A DNA stretch of 64,000 nucleotides, from assembly GCA_035403545.1 (NCBI GenBank), contig DAONFJ010000001.1:7013-71012 (forward strand), in the 5' to 3' direction. The DNA is from Spirochaetota bacterium (lineage in GTDB: Bacteria; Spirochaetota; UBA4802; UBA5550). Both the position numbers and the translations under genes were made by a program. Position 1 is the stretch's first letter, and every line of letters begins with the position of its first letter. Positions 1-9,061 of the stretch are shown here, in pieces. The notes beneath the pieces were generated by a model. The model made no database searches and was not told the origin of the DNA. It saw only the letters and a list, made by a program, of their open reading frames with translations.

Positions 1-2860
1 CAACGCGCGTATCTATACCTGCATCAGCAGAGTGTGAGTCAAGTTCCAGTATAAGGAAAGGTTTTGTCCCCATCATCCATTTTATGTAATGGAGCATGAA
101 CGAGTCGGGTGCGCATGAGAAGTTTGAGATATATGTAATGAATATGTTATCCTCATCTTTCAGAAATGATGCCGCTTTCATATCCTGCTGCCCATAGTAC
201 CAGTACATGTTATTGAATATCCGGGTTTCCTCAAAAGGGAGCATGTCAAACGGTATTATTGAATATCCCCTGCTTGTGAATTTTTTTGGGATACCCATAT
301 TCGCATCTTTTGTAAACGCGTTGTATGGACGCCCAAGAACTGCTATGACAGGGTGGTTTGCCTTTCTCGCTCTCTCGATTGCTTCGATGCCGAGGTTTTT
401 ATATTTTTCAAAAAACTCCTCCTGCTTCGTGTAGGCGATTTTAAAGGCCTTTTCAATTTCATTTTCAGAAACCTCAAGCTGGGATGCTAATTCAAGCATT
501 CCTTCAAGAGCCTTATCTTTTCCGTATTTAAAACTGATAATCGGAGCAAGTATCATCCTGTCGTCAATTTCAGTGAAAGCCTTCTTAATGTAATACGGAA
601 GGCTCTGTGTAATCGGGCAGAAATTCGCATGCACTTCATTCTCATAACTCGGCATGTCCCTGAAGTGCGGAACAAAAATAAAATCAGCTTCAGATTCTAT
701 TATAGACTGAACAGCTCCATGGGCGATCTCCGCAGGGAAGCAGTATGCGCTTTCAACTTTCGCGACACCTTCCTGAAGTATCTCATCGGATAGTTTTACC
801 TCAATCCCCAGGGAGTGAAAGAACCATGAGTAGAACGGCCATAGCGTATAAACAGAAAAAGCCCTGGGAATTCCTACCACATAATCTTTCCGTTTCTCAA
901 GAGCGGCCGGGTTTGGAGAACATTCTCCGAACATCAGTTCCTCTCTGGAATCTATGTAGTTGAAAACGGAAGCTTCATCAATTACCTTCTTTTTCCTGGA
1001 GTTGGCGTACTTGTTGCATCTTCCTCCGAACATATATGTGTGCCCGTTTACATTTAAAACTTTTATCGGGCAGAAATTTTCACATGCCCTGCATGTAAAT
1101 TCTTTCTCGTTGATAATTTTAGTGTTCATAAGCTGATCAAGATCGAATAATCCTTTTTCAAGAAGCCCGTCATTGAATTTTTGTTTTGCGAGAATCCCCA
1201 CACCGAACGCGCCTAGAAGTTCTGGACTTGGAGGAACTGTAATGTTTTTATCAAGAAGCATCGCGAACGCGAGAGGGACAGCTTTATTTTTTGCAACTCC
1301 CCCCTGTAATACAATGTTCTGCCCGATTGATCTGTTCCCCACAACCCGGTTGAGGTAGTTTGAAACAATTGATGTAATAATTCCGGCGGTGATATCCTCT
1401 TTCGAAGCTCCATACTGTATCGCCTTCCGGATGTCGGAATTGATAAAAGCTGAACAGTGCTCTCCGAACTTTAAGGGAGAGCTCGCCATCAGGGCTATGT
1501 CGCCGATCTGTTTTACATCTTTTATATTAAGGTCGCCTGAAGCAGATTCTTCAAGGAATGAACCTGTACCGGCAGAGCATGCTTCGTTCATCGCGTAATC
1601 AATCGGTACTCCGTTTTTAAGGTAAACATACTTCGCGTCCTGTCCTCCGATTTCGAAGATAGTATCAATATCTTTCTTGAAGTATGTTGTACCGGTAGCG
1701 TGGGCAATAATTTCATTGTAGATTCCTGCAGTTTCCATGAATACGCCGAGTATCTCTCTCGATGAACCTGTTGTTGCCGCAAGTGTAATTTTTATTTTAG
1801 AATCGCCGATCTGTTCTTTGATCTGGCCCTGTACTTCGGAAATACATTTTTTCAGCGCAGTTACCGGGTCACCGTGGGTCCTGCCGTAGTAATCTGCTAC
1901 AATTTCGTCTGTTTCAAAATCAACAAGTGCGACTTTTGTTGTAGTTGAACCTCCGTCAATTCCGAGAATATATTCTCTGTCTGCCCTGATTCTGCCTCTA
2001 AGCGGCTCAATATATCTAACTCTCCCTTCTGAATTTTTAAGGGATGGATATCTTCCATATGCAATTTCGCTTTGTTTAAAAATCATCTCCGGAGTGGGGA
2101 GGGGGCTTCCTGATTTTTCGGCAAGCAGAGCCGCGCCATAGGCTTCAAAATATTTTGCCTGTTCGGGGACTATAATTTCAATTCCGGGGAGTTTGTCTTT
2201 GATATATTTTATGATGTAAGCGTTCTCTGTAACACCGCCTGTAAGGACTACACGGCCATCCCTGATCTTCGCTCTTTTAAGGAAATCAACAACCTTTGTT
2301 GCCATTACATCACTGAGAGAAAGAACTATATCGTGTTTGGTTGCTTCACCCTTGTTCAGCTTATGAGTACAGTCGCTCTTCATAAAAACAGAGCATCTCG
2401 AGGAAAGAGGAAGAGGCCTTGCGCTTCCCGGTATTATCTGAATATCACGGAGTGTTAAATCCATCCTGCCAAGCTGCTGTTTAAAGAATTCTCCCGTTCC
2501 GGACGCGCATTTGTTGCCTGAAAAATTGGTAATGATTTTTCCGTTACCATCAAGCGTATAGACAACAAAATTTTCTCCGCCGAGTGAAACAACGGCATCG
2601 GCTTTTATATTTAATTTATTGATAGCTTCTTCTACGCATATACTTTCAATTACATTGTTGGAATTGACAAGATAGCGCCCTTCTGTACCGGTTACGAGAA
2701 TTTTACTGTCAGACGGAATCTCATCATTGAAGATTAATTTTTTAATTGCTGCGAGAAAATCACCCTCATGTTCAATCACATTCTGTAATAACATTTTCTC
2801 TTCATCCATCAGAACTACTTTAATGCTGGACGATCCGATATTAATACCTAAACTGTGCAT
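1..2860 (-). CDS. acyl-CoA dehydratase activase-family protein (tandem BadF/BadG/BcrA/BcrD-type ATPase domains fused to a 2-hydroxyglutaryl-CoA-dehydratase-component-like domain); 3' end truncated by the window edge
   Basis: Own translation of the minus strand from the ATG at 2860 (GGAGG 5 nt upstream) gives MHSLGINIGSSSIKVVLMDEE... There are two acetate/sugar-kinase-fold ATPase repeats (GTGEFF, GTGSFLEE motifs) followed by a dehydratase D-component-like region. The ORF stays open to position 1. It is absent from the ORF track because it runs off the window edge. Confidence 0.7.
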   Translation of the reverse strand, partial: MHSLGINIGSSSIKVVLMDEEKMLLQNVIEHEGDFLAAIKKLIFNDEIPSDSKILVTGTEGRYLVNSNNVIESICVEEAINKLNIKADAVVSLGGENFVVYTLDGNGKIITNFSGNKCASGTGEFFKQQLGRMDLTLRDIQIIPGSARPLPLSSRCSVFMKSDCTHKLNKGEATKHDIVLSLSDVMATKVVDFLKRAKIRDGRVVLTGGVTENAYIIKYIKDKLPGIEIIVPEQAKYFEAYGAALLAEKSGSPLPTPEMIFKQSEIAYGRYPSLKNSEGRVRYIEPLRGRIRADREYILGIDGGSTTTKVALVDFETDEIVADYYGRTHGDPVTALKKCISEVQGQIKEQIGDSKIKITLAATTGSSREILGVFMETAGIYNEIIAHATGTTYFKKDIDTIFEIGGQDAKYVYLKNGVPIDYAMNEACSAGTGSFLEESASGDLNIKDVKQIGDIALMASSPLKFGEHCSAFINSDIRKAIQYGASKEDITAGIITSIVSNYLNRVVGNRSIGQNIVLQGGVAKNKAVPLAFAMLLDKNITVPPSPELLGAFGVGILAKQKFNDGLLEKGLFDLDQLMNTKIINEKEFTCRACENFCPIKVLNVNGHTYMFGGRCNKYANSRKKKVIDEASVFNYIDSREELMFGECSPNPAALEKRKDYVVGIPRAFSVYTLWPFYSWFFHSLGIEVKLSDEILQEGVAKVESAYCFPAEIAHGAVQSIIESEADFIFVPHFRDMPSYENEVHANFCPITQSLPYYIKKAFTEIDDRMILAPIISFKYGKDKALEGMLELASQLEVSENEIEKAFKIAYTKQEEFFEKYKNLGIEAIERARKANHPVIAVLGRPYNAFTKDANMGIPKKFTSRGYSIIPFDMLPFEETRIFNNMYWYYGQQDMKAASFLKDEDNIFITYISNFSCAPDSFMLHYIKWMMGTKPFLILELDSHSADAGIDTRV

Positions 2861-3368
2861 CATTACCTCCTGAAAAAATCAGATACATCTATTTGAAGAC
2901 TTTTTTAATGTCCAACCTTTTTTAGTACTAATAACTATACTGACACGACATATTAGTAATAAAAAAATGCCGGTTCTTTGTACAATAACTTTTTTCAAAA
3001 AAAATTAAACCGGCAGGATTATGTGTTATTAAAAGCTTTAACATACATTTAATGAATAATGATGCAATAATAAACAAAATTTATATTTAATATTGAATTA
3101 TTTATAAAAATATGATTTTATACAACTGCATGAGTCTTAATATATCAATTTTTTATGGCATTTTGTAAAAGATTAATGTATCATAGTAATGAGTGTTTTA
3201 TATAATAAATAGTAATATATTGTGATTATTTTAATAAAAATTTAAATTACTGGTAATAAGTGTAAATCGTAATACTACTTTTATTTATAATTAACCGGAA
3301 CTGTTTAACTTATCTGGCCGTAAAATGTTCATATGTTTTATAATTTCTCAAAAAATGAAAGGTGCAGG

Positions 3369-4721
3369 ATGTACAATATTTTACTCGTTGAAGATGATAG
3401 AATTACTTCAAAACTAATTCAAAAATATATACTTGATATCGGATATTATGTTTCAGGGGCTGTTTCTTCGGGAGAGGAAGCTGTTGCAATCATAAATGAA
3501 AAGGAACCGGATCTTGTCCTGATGGATATTAATCTTGAAGGGAAGCTTGATGGTATTGAATCGGCAAAAAGCATAAACAGCAGTATTTCTATACCATTCG
3601 TCTACATAACTTCATCATCAGATTATTCCACCATCGAAAGAGCTAAAGAGAGTAATGCTTACGGTTATATAATAAAGCCGTTTAATAAAAAGGATCTCCG
3701 TGCGACAATTGAGATGGCTCTTCTGAGGCATCAGATGGAAAGCAAGGTAAAGGAAAATGAAAACAGGGTTTCTACAATATTGAATTCTATCATAGATGCC
3801 GTAATAGTTATAGATGAGTCGGGAGATGTTGATTATATCAATGCTGCAGCGGGCCGGATGCTTGGTCTTGATAAAGATGATATCCTTGGAAAGCCTATTG
3901 GTGAAATTGTTAAACTTGGGAGCGACCCAAAGGAAGGGGATAATGTTTTTTTCCCCATGTCTATGAACTATATAGAGTTCAATAATTATCTTACAGCGGG
4001 AGATAAAAGAATCCCTGTAGATTTTACCTCCACTCCCCTCAGGCTGGGGAACGGTAAATTAAGAGGTGCAGTTCTTGTAGTCCGGGACATTACCCAGCAG
4101 GTTGAGTATGACAGAAGAATTCAGGAAAGCATGGATACTCTTACCCGGGCGATGTACGGGACAATCGAAGCGATTACTAAAACAGTAGAAACAAGAGATC
4201 CCTATACCGCAGGCCATCAGAAAAAAGTTGCCGATATAGCGAAAGAGATTGCGAAAGATATGGGGCTAAGCAGGGATATAATCGAAAGTGTTAATCTTGC
4301 GGGGCAGATTCACGACCTCGGCAAAATTGCGATTCCGTCAGAAATCCTGAACAAGCCGGGAAGGATCAATGAGATAGAATTTGCTCTTATAAAAACTCAC
4401 TCGGCGATGGGATATGAAATCATGAAAAACATAGATTTTCCCTGGCCGATTGCGGATATAGTACTTCAGCATCACGAAAAAATGGACGGATCGGGATATC
4501 CGAACGGCCTTAAAGGTGATGATATTTTAATACAGGCACGTATAATCTCTGTCGCAGACGTTCTTGAAGCGATGGCTTCTCACAGGCCTTATAGGGCGGC
4601 TCTCGGGCTCGATGCGGCTTTTGGTGAGCTCCAGAATAATTCAGGGACTCATTTTGATCCTGAAGTTGTGGAATCATGTGTTAGAATATTTAAAGAGAAA
4701 GGTTTTACTGTTAAGTTTTAG
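3369..4721 (+). CDS. response regulator with CheY-like receiver, PAS and HD-GYP domains (c-di-GMP phosphodiesterase type)
   Basis: LLVEDD...DLVLMDINLEG...KPF receiver motifs; HDLGKIAIPSEIL plus HHEKMDGSGYPNGLKG (HD and GYP signatures). The ATG at 3369 is preferred over 3333 because of an AAGGTG site 4 nt upstream. Confidence 0.8.
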   Translation: MYNILLVEDDRITSKLIQKYILDIGYYVSGAVSSGEEAVAIINEKEPDLVLMDINLEGKLDGIESAKSINSSISIPFVYITSSSDYSTIERAKESNAYGYIIKPFNKKDLRATIEMALLRHQMESKVKENENRVSTILNSIIDAVIVIDESGDVDYINAAAGRMLGLDKDDILGKPIGEIVKLGSDPKEGDNVFFPMSMNYIEFNNYLTAGDKRIPVDFTSTPLRLGNGKLRGAVLVVRDITQQVEYDRRIQESMDTLTRAMYGTIEAITKTVETRDPYTAGHQKKVADIAKEIAKDMGLSRDIIESVNLAGQIHDLGKIAIPSEILNKPGRINEIEFALIKTHSAMGYEIMKNIDFPWPIADIVLQHHEKMDGSGYPNGLKGDDILIQARIISVADVLEAMASHRPYRAALGLDAAFGELQNNSGTHFDPEVVESCVRIFKEKGFTVKF

Positions 4722-5025
4722 CAGCGGTCTGTTTTTGCTCATTATAATTATTACGGAATATTTTCAAAAAGAACCGCTTCTGATAAAATTGTTCAAATTC
4801 GTTTTTGCCTGCATCATCTTTTCTACTCCCGAATTAATCAATACCTGAAAAATAATAGAATACGGGCATAATAATAAAATGGTTATTTTAAAATAATTGT
4901 CATATAACTCAGGTAAGTTTTTTTCAAAACAGGAAACATTTTATTTACAAAAATGTATTATGTAATACTAACAGATATCCTCCTGACAATATTTTTGTTA
5001 AATGGAGATTGCAGGTTAGAAAACA

Positions 5026-7254
5026 GTGAAATTGAAAAGAGCTAAAATAATAATTAAGGGGATTGTTCAGGGCGTAGGTTTTCGTCCCGCTATGGCGAAG
5101 CAGGCTGTGTCTATGGGGCTTAGAGGAAAAATTTATAACACCAGGGATTCTGTTGAAATCGAAATTCAGGGCACTTATGAAACTGTCCGGCAATACATTG
5201 ATCAATTTAATACTTTTATCCCTGAAAATGCAGTGATATCATTTTTTTCATCTCAGGAGATACCTCCTGTTCTAGGTGAAGAAACGTTTGATATAATAGA
5301 GAGCAGCGAATCGGGCCCGACAAGGTTCAGCATACCTCCTGATATAGCAATGTGCGGAGCCTGCCGTAAAGAGTTTTATGATCCGCAGAACAGAAGATAT
5401 CACTATCCTTTTATAACATGCGGTAATTGCGGGCCGCGATATACCTATATGAAAGATATGCCGTACGACAGGAATAAGACATCTATGTCGGAGTTTCCAT
5501 TCTGCGAACAGTGCAGTAATGAATATAATGATTCCTCGGACAGGCGTTATCATATCGAAGGATTTTCATGTCCGGTTTGCGGGCCGGCAGTTGAAGGATT
5601 TGAAAAAACTGTTGAGGCGCTGTCTGATGGAAGAATCGCTGCGATAAAGGGTTTAGGAGGATATAACATAGCTTGTTCTGCTGTTGATTTCACTGCGGTT
5701 CAGAAATTAAGAGACAGAAAAAGAAGGCCGGGAAAACCATTTGCGGTAATGTTCAAGTCTGTTGAAGCTGCACGGGAATACGTAAAACTGACAAGTGAAG
5801 AAGAGAACCTTCTGGCATCAAAAGTCTCCCCAATCGTAATAGTCCGGAAAAAAGATGATAGCGGAATTGCCGTCAATATTGCCCCGGATAATGGTTATCT
5901 CGGAATAATGATTGCGTATACCCCGCTTCACCAGCTTGTTCTTGACCGGGTTAACATACCTCTTGTCATGACAAGCGCCAACATCTCGGGCGACCCGCTT
6001 ATTATTGATGACAGTAAAGCTGCTTCCGGACTTGCCGGTATAGTCGATGTGTTTTTAACGCATAACAGGGAAATATACAAAAGAGCGGATGACAGCATAT
6101 CGTATATTTATAAAGGGAAAGAGATTAGTATAAGGATGGGGAGAGGAAAAATGCCTTTTCCTGTTAAACTTCCGCAAAAGAGTATAAAAAAAATAATTGC
6201 TGTGGGAGCTGAACTTAAAAGCAATATCTCCGTAGTGTCAGAAGATAATCTGGTAACAAGTAATCACATCGGAGATCTTGGGACTCCGGATACATTCGCA
6301 CATTTTACTGAAACAGTAAACGAAATGTCCCGCTTTTACAGTATTACTCCGGATGCGGCAGTTGCGGACCTTCATCCTGATTATGAATCAACTTCATTCG
6401 CGGGAGAATTCGCCGGGGAAAAAAATATCAGATTGATTCAGGTACAGCATCATTATGCACATTTTCTTTCATGCTATTTTGAAAACAGATTAAGCGGCGA
6501 TGCTGCGGGAATAATTTTTGACGGGACAGGGTACGGGAACGACGGAACAATCTGGGGCGGAGAAATCATTACAGGAGACATTCATTCATTCATCAGGAAG
6601 GGGAGGCTTTCCCTTTTTCCGCTTCCCGGCGGTGAGAAAGCTATACATGAGCCGTGGAGAATTCTTTCCGGGCTATTGAGTTCTGAACATTTTTTGGATG
6701 CCTGTTCATGGGTGGATAAAGGGATTCTTGAAAATATACTTAGGATTTCAGGCAACAGGGCATTTTCACCTCTTACTTCCAGTGCCGGACGATTATTTGA
6801 TGCTGCCGGATCACTTCTTGGATTTGCTAAAAATGTATCTTATGAAGCGGAAGCAGCTATATATGTTGAGATGCTTGCTTTGAAAAGCAGAAGTGAAGAA
6901 TTTATTCCCATCCCGTGTAATGTTGAAAACGGGTTGATTGAATTTAATTCATCAGTATTGATTGAAGAATTGTATAAAAGAAAAACAGCAGGCGAAGAAA
7001 TATCAGATCTGGCTAAAATTTTTCATAATTCATTAATTGAAGGTATTTCGGGAATGGCTCACGGTATATGTTTACAAAACGGAATTGATCAGGTTGTGTT
7101 AGGCGGAGGAGTTTTTCAGAACAGGATAATGCTTGCCGGAACGGAAAAAAAGCTTGCGTCACAGGGACTTAGAGTTTTTATTAACAGAAAGATTCCTGCC
7201 AACGATGCAGGAATATCTGTCGGACAGGCAATTTACGGAGTATATAATGCATGA
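5026..7254 (+). CDS. hypF: [NiFe]-hydrogenase maturation carbamoyltransferase HypF
   Basis: N-terminal acylphosphatase motif VQGVGFRP; two CxxC-x18-CxxC zinc fingers (CGACRKEFYDP...CGNCGPRY; CEQCSNEY...CPVCGP); YrdC-like and Kae1-like C-terminal domains. GTG start, since the first in-frame ATG would delete conserved residues. Confidence 0.9.
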   Translation: MKLKRAKIIIKGIVQGVGFRPAMAKQAVSMGLRGKIYNTRDSVEIEIQGTYETVRQYIDQFNTFIPENAVISFFSSQEIPPVLGEETFDIIESSESGPTRFSIPPDIAMCGACRKEFYDPQNRRYHYPFITCGNCGPRYTYMKDMPYDRNKTSMSEFPFCEQCSNEYNDSSDRRYHIEGFSCPVCGPAVEGFEKTVEALSDGRIAAIKGLGGYNIACSAVDFTAVQKLRDRKRRPGKPFAVMFKSVEAAREYVKLTSEEENLLASKVSPIVIVRKKDDSGIAVNIAPDNGYLGIMIAYTPLHQLVLDRVNIPLVMTSANISGDPLIIDDSKAASGLAGIVDVFLTHNREIYKRADDSISYIYKGKEISIRMGRGKMPFPVKLPQKSIKKIIAVGAELKSNISVVSEDNLVTSNHIGDLGTPDTFAHFTETVNEMSRFYSITPDAAVADLHPDYESTSFAGEFAGEKNIRLIQVQHHYAHFLSCYFENRLSGDAAGIIFDGTGYGNDGTIWGGEIITGDIHSFIRKGRLSLFPLPGGEKAIHEPWRILSGLLSSEHFLDACSWVDKGILENILRISGNRAFSPLTSSAGRLFDAAGSLLGFAKNVSYEAEAAIYVEMLALKSRSEEFIPIPCNVENGLIEFNSSVLIEELYKRKTAGEEISDLAKIFHNSLIEGISGMAHGICLQNGIDQVVLGGGVFQNRIMLAGTEKKLASQGLRVFINRKIPANDAGISVGQAIYGVYNA

Positions 7255-7591
7255 ACTTAGCCTTGCCATGAGTGTACGGGAAATAGTTGAAGATGCCGCG
7301 GAAAAAAACGGATCAAAAAAAGTTAACGAAGTTAATATAATTGTGGGGGAGTTCAGTTCAGTTTCAGCTGATGCCCTTGAATTTGCAATGGAAGTAGCTA
7401 AGAAAGGATCTGTTTTTGAAAATGCGAAAATAAATATAAAATCAGCAAAAACAATTCTTGCATGCAGCCAGTGCAATGGCGAAACAGTCATGGAAGATTA
7501 TATCTTTAAGTGCAGTACATGCGGATCAACTTCTGTACGGATAGTTTCAGGCGACAGAATGTACGTTGATTCAATTGATATAGAACAATAG
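7247..7591 (+). CDS. hypA: hydrogenase nickel-incorporation protein HypA
   Basis: MHELSLAMSVREIVEDA... start typical of HypA, C-terminal CxxC...CxxC zinc site (CSQCNGE...CSTCGS). The ATG overlaps the hypF stop by 8 nt (ATGCATGA coupling). 114 aa. Confidence 0.85.
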   Translation: MHELSLAMSVREIVEDAAEKNGSKKVNEVNIIVGEFSSVSADALEFAMEVAKKGSVFENAKINIKSAKTILACSQCNGETVMEDYIFKCSTCGSTSVRIVSGDRMYVDSIDIEQ

Positions 7592-7601
7592 GAGAATTCA
7601 A

Positions 7602-8297
7602 ATGCATTACGTTGAACTGGAAAAAGACCTTCTTCATCAGAATGACAAGCTGGCTGAAAATATAAAGAATAATATGGCCGATCATCAGATTTTCGTACTT
7701 AATATCATGAGCGCTCCCGGCGCCGGTAAAACGAGCCTGCTTGAAGCAGTTCTCCCGGAGCTCTCAAAAAAATACAGAATTGCGGTCATCGAAGGTGATA
7801 TCCAGGGATCTGCAGACGCGGACAGGCTGAAAAAACTTGATATAAATGCTTACCAGATAAATACACATAGCCTCTGTCATCTTGAAGCTTCAATGATTGA
7901 AAGGGCGCTGACAAACTTTGACCTTCATAAAATAGATTGCCTTATAATCGAAAATGTCGGAAATCTCGTCTGCCCTGCTGATTTTTTTCTCGGTGAAGAT
8001 GAAGTTATGATGGTGGTATCGGTATCCGAAGGACATGATAAGCCTCATAAATACCCTGTGATGTTCAGTAAAGCTGATCTTATTATACTTAACAAAATGG
8101 ATATTATAGAATCGACTAATTTTGACACAGATATTTTTTATAAGCAGGTGCGTGAACTTAACAGGGATGCCGGGATAATGGAAGTCTCAGCTACCAGGGG
8201 AACCAACATGGACAAGCTGATCAGTCATATAGAACACGGTATACAGCATAAAAAAGGGCACCACCACCATGATCACGGAGATCATCATCACCATTGA
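7602..8297 (+). CDS. hypB: hydrogenase nickel metallochaperone GTPase HypB with a C-terminal His-rich tail
   Basis: P-loop SAPGAGKTSLLEA, CH metal-binding motif, G-domain; the C-terminus ends HKKGHHHHDHGDHHHH. AGGAG site 8 nt upstream of the start. Confidence 0.9.
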   Translation: MHYVELEKDLLHQNDKLAENIKNNMADHQIFVLNIMSAPGAGKTSLLEAVLPELSKKYRIAVIEGDIQGSADADRLKKLDINAYQINTHSLCHLEASMIERALTNFDLHKIDCLIIENVGNLVCPADFFLGEDEVMMVVSVSEGHDKPHKYPVMFSKADLIILNKMDIIESTNFDTDIFYKQVRELNRDAGIMEVSATRGTNMDKLISHIEHGIQHKKGHHHHDHGDHHHH

Positions 8298-8315
8298 ATA
8301 AATCATTCATGCGTT

Positions 8316-8343
8316 GTAGAGGGTGGAAGTCTTTTACCCCTAC
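8316..8343. terminator. hairpin between convergent hypB and GNAT genes (GTAGAGGGT...ACCCCTAC)
   Basis: An 8-9 bp imperfect stem with an 11-nt loop, immediately after the hypB stop and overlapping the GNAT stop codon. Confidence 0.35.
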
Positions 8344-8816
8344 AATTCATGAAAAAGAATTTTAGTCCTGTTCCCGTCAGAATCCATATCTTCATCTAAA
8401 AAAATCCATCCCCTCGTCCCGTAATAATTTTCGAGTTTGTTCATGAACCTGCAGTCAATAAAAAGGAAGATTCTTTTAAAACCTTTATAGGAACAATAAT
8501 TCAGTACAGCCCTGATAAGCTCTGTGCCCACACCTCTTTCTCTGTATTCGGGTGAAACATAAAGCGCGGATAACCAGGGAGAAAGTTCCTGTCTCCTGAG
8601 CATATCAGTTTCCTTTATCGAGACCATTCCCACTGGAAGTTCATCCCAGAAAGCAACAAATGAACATGGCAGAGCTTCCAGTTCTGCACGTCTTTTATAT
8701 TCCTGCATAACGAGTTTAAAGGGAACATTTCGTGTGAGATACCAGTTGTTATATGACCAGTATGCAAGAATCGGATATAAAGATTTCCTTTCGGAAAGGG
8801 GATAGATTTTTAACAT
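8340..8816 (-). CDS. GNAT family N-acetyltransferase
   Basis: Acetyl-CoA-binding motif LYVSPEYRERGVGTELI (Q/R-x-x-G-x-G/A pattern). Confidence 0.7.
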   Translation of the reverse strand: MLKIYPLSERKSLYPILAYWSYNNWYLTRNVPFKLVMQEYKRRAELEALPCSFVAFWDELPVGMVSIKETDMLRRQELSPWLSALYVSPEYRERGVGTELIRAVLNYCSYKGFKRIFLFIDCRFMNKLENYYGTRGWIFLDEDMDSDGNRTKILFHEL

Positions 8817-9061
8817 AGATTCTCAGATATCATTTTTTTCCTGTACTATTTAAAATGGGTTTGTTAATAATTGTCAAACAGATTATTAAGAGGGGTGAAA
8901 TCATTTTTATTCATCCTTCTCTTTATATACCGGCTTGTGCCTGCTTCTTTGTGCGGAGAACAAATCCTCCGGGGAATTCAGGAGTTTGAGGTTCGTGTGA
9001 ATATAATTCTTATGGTTTATGAATTCACGTTAGCAACATCTGCATCATCGGAGAATATTGA

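Noticed and set aside
207-1782. Eight short ORFs (61-75 aa) on both strands listed in the ORF track.
   Set aside because: All lie inside, and mostly antisense to or out of frame with, the long minus-strand activase-family gene that spans 1-2860. They are shadow ORFs.
4564-4848. A 94-aa Leu-rich plus-strand ORF.
   Set aside because: Its first 158 nt overlap the 3' end of the HD-GYP regulator gene in another frame, and it has no Shine-Dalgarno site. Only a possible 37-aa tail (from the TTG near 4735) lies in unique sequence, which is too weak to call.
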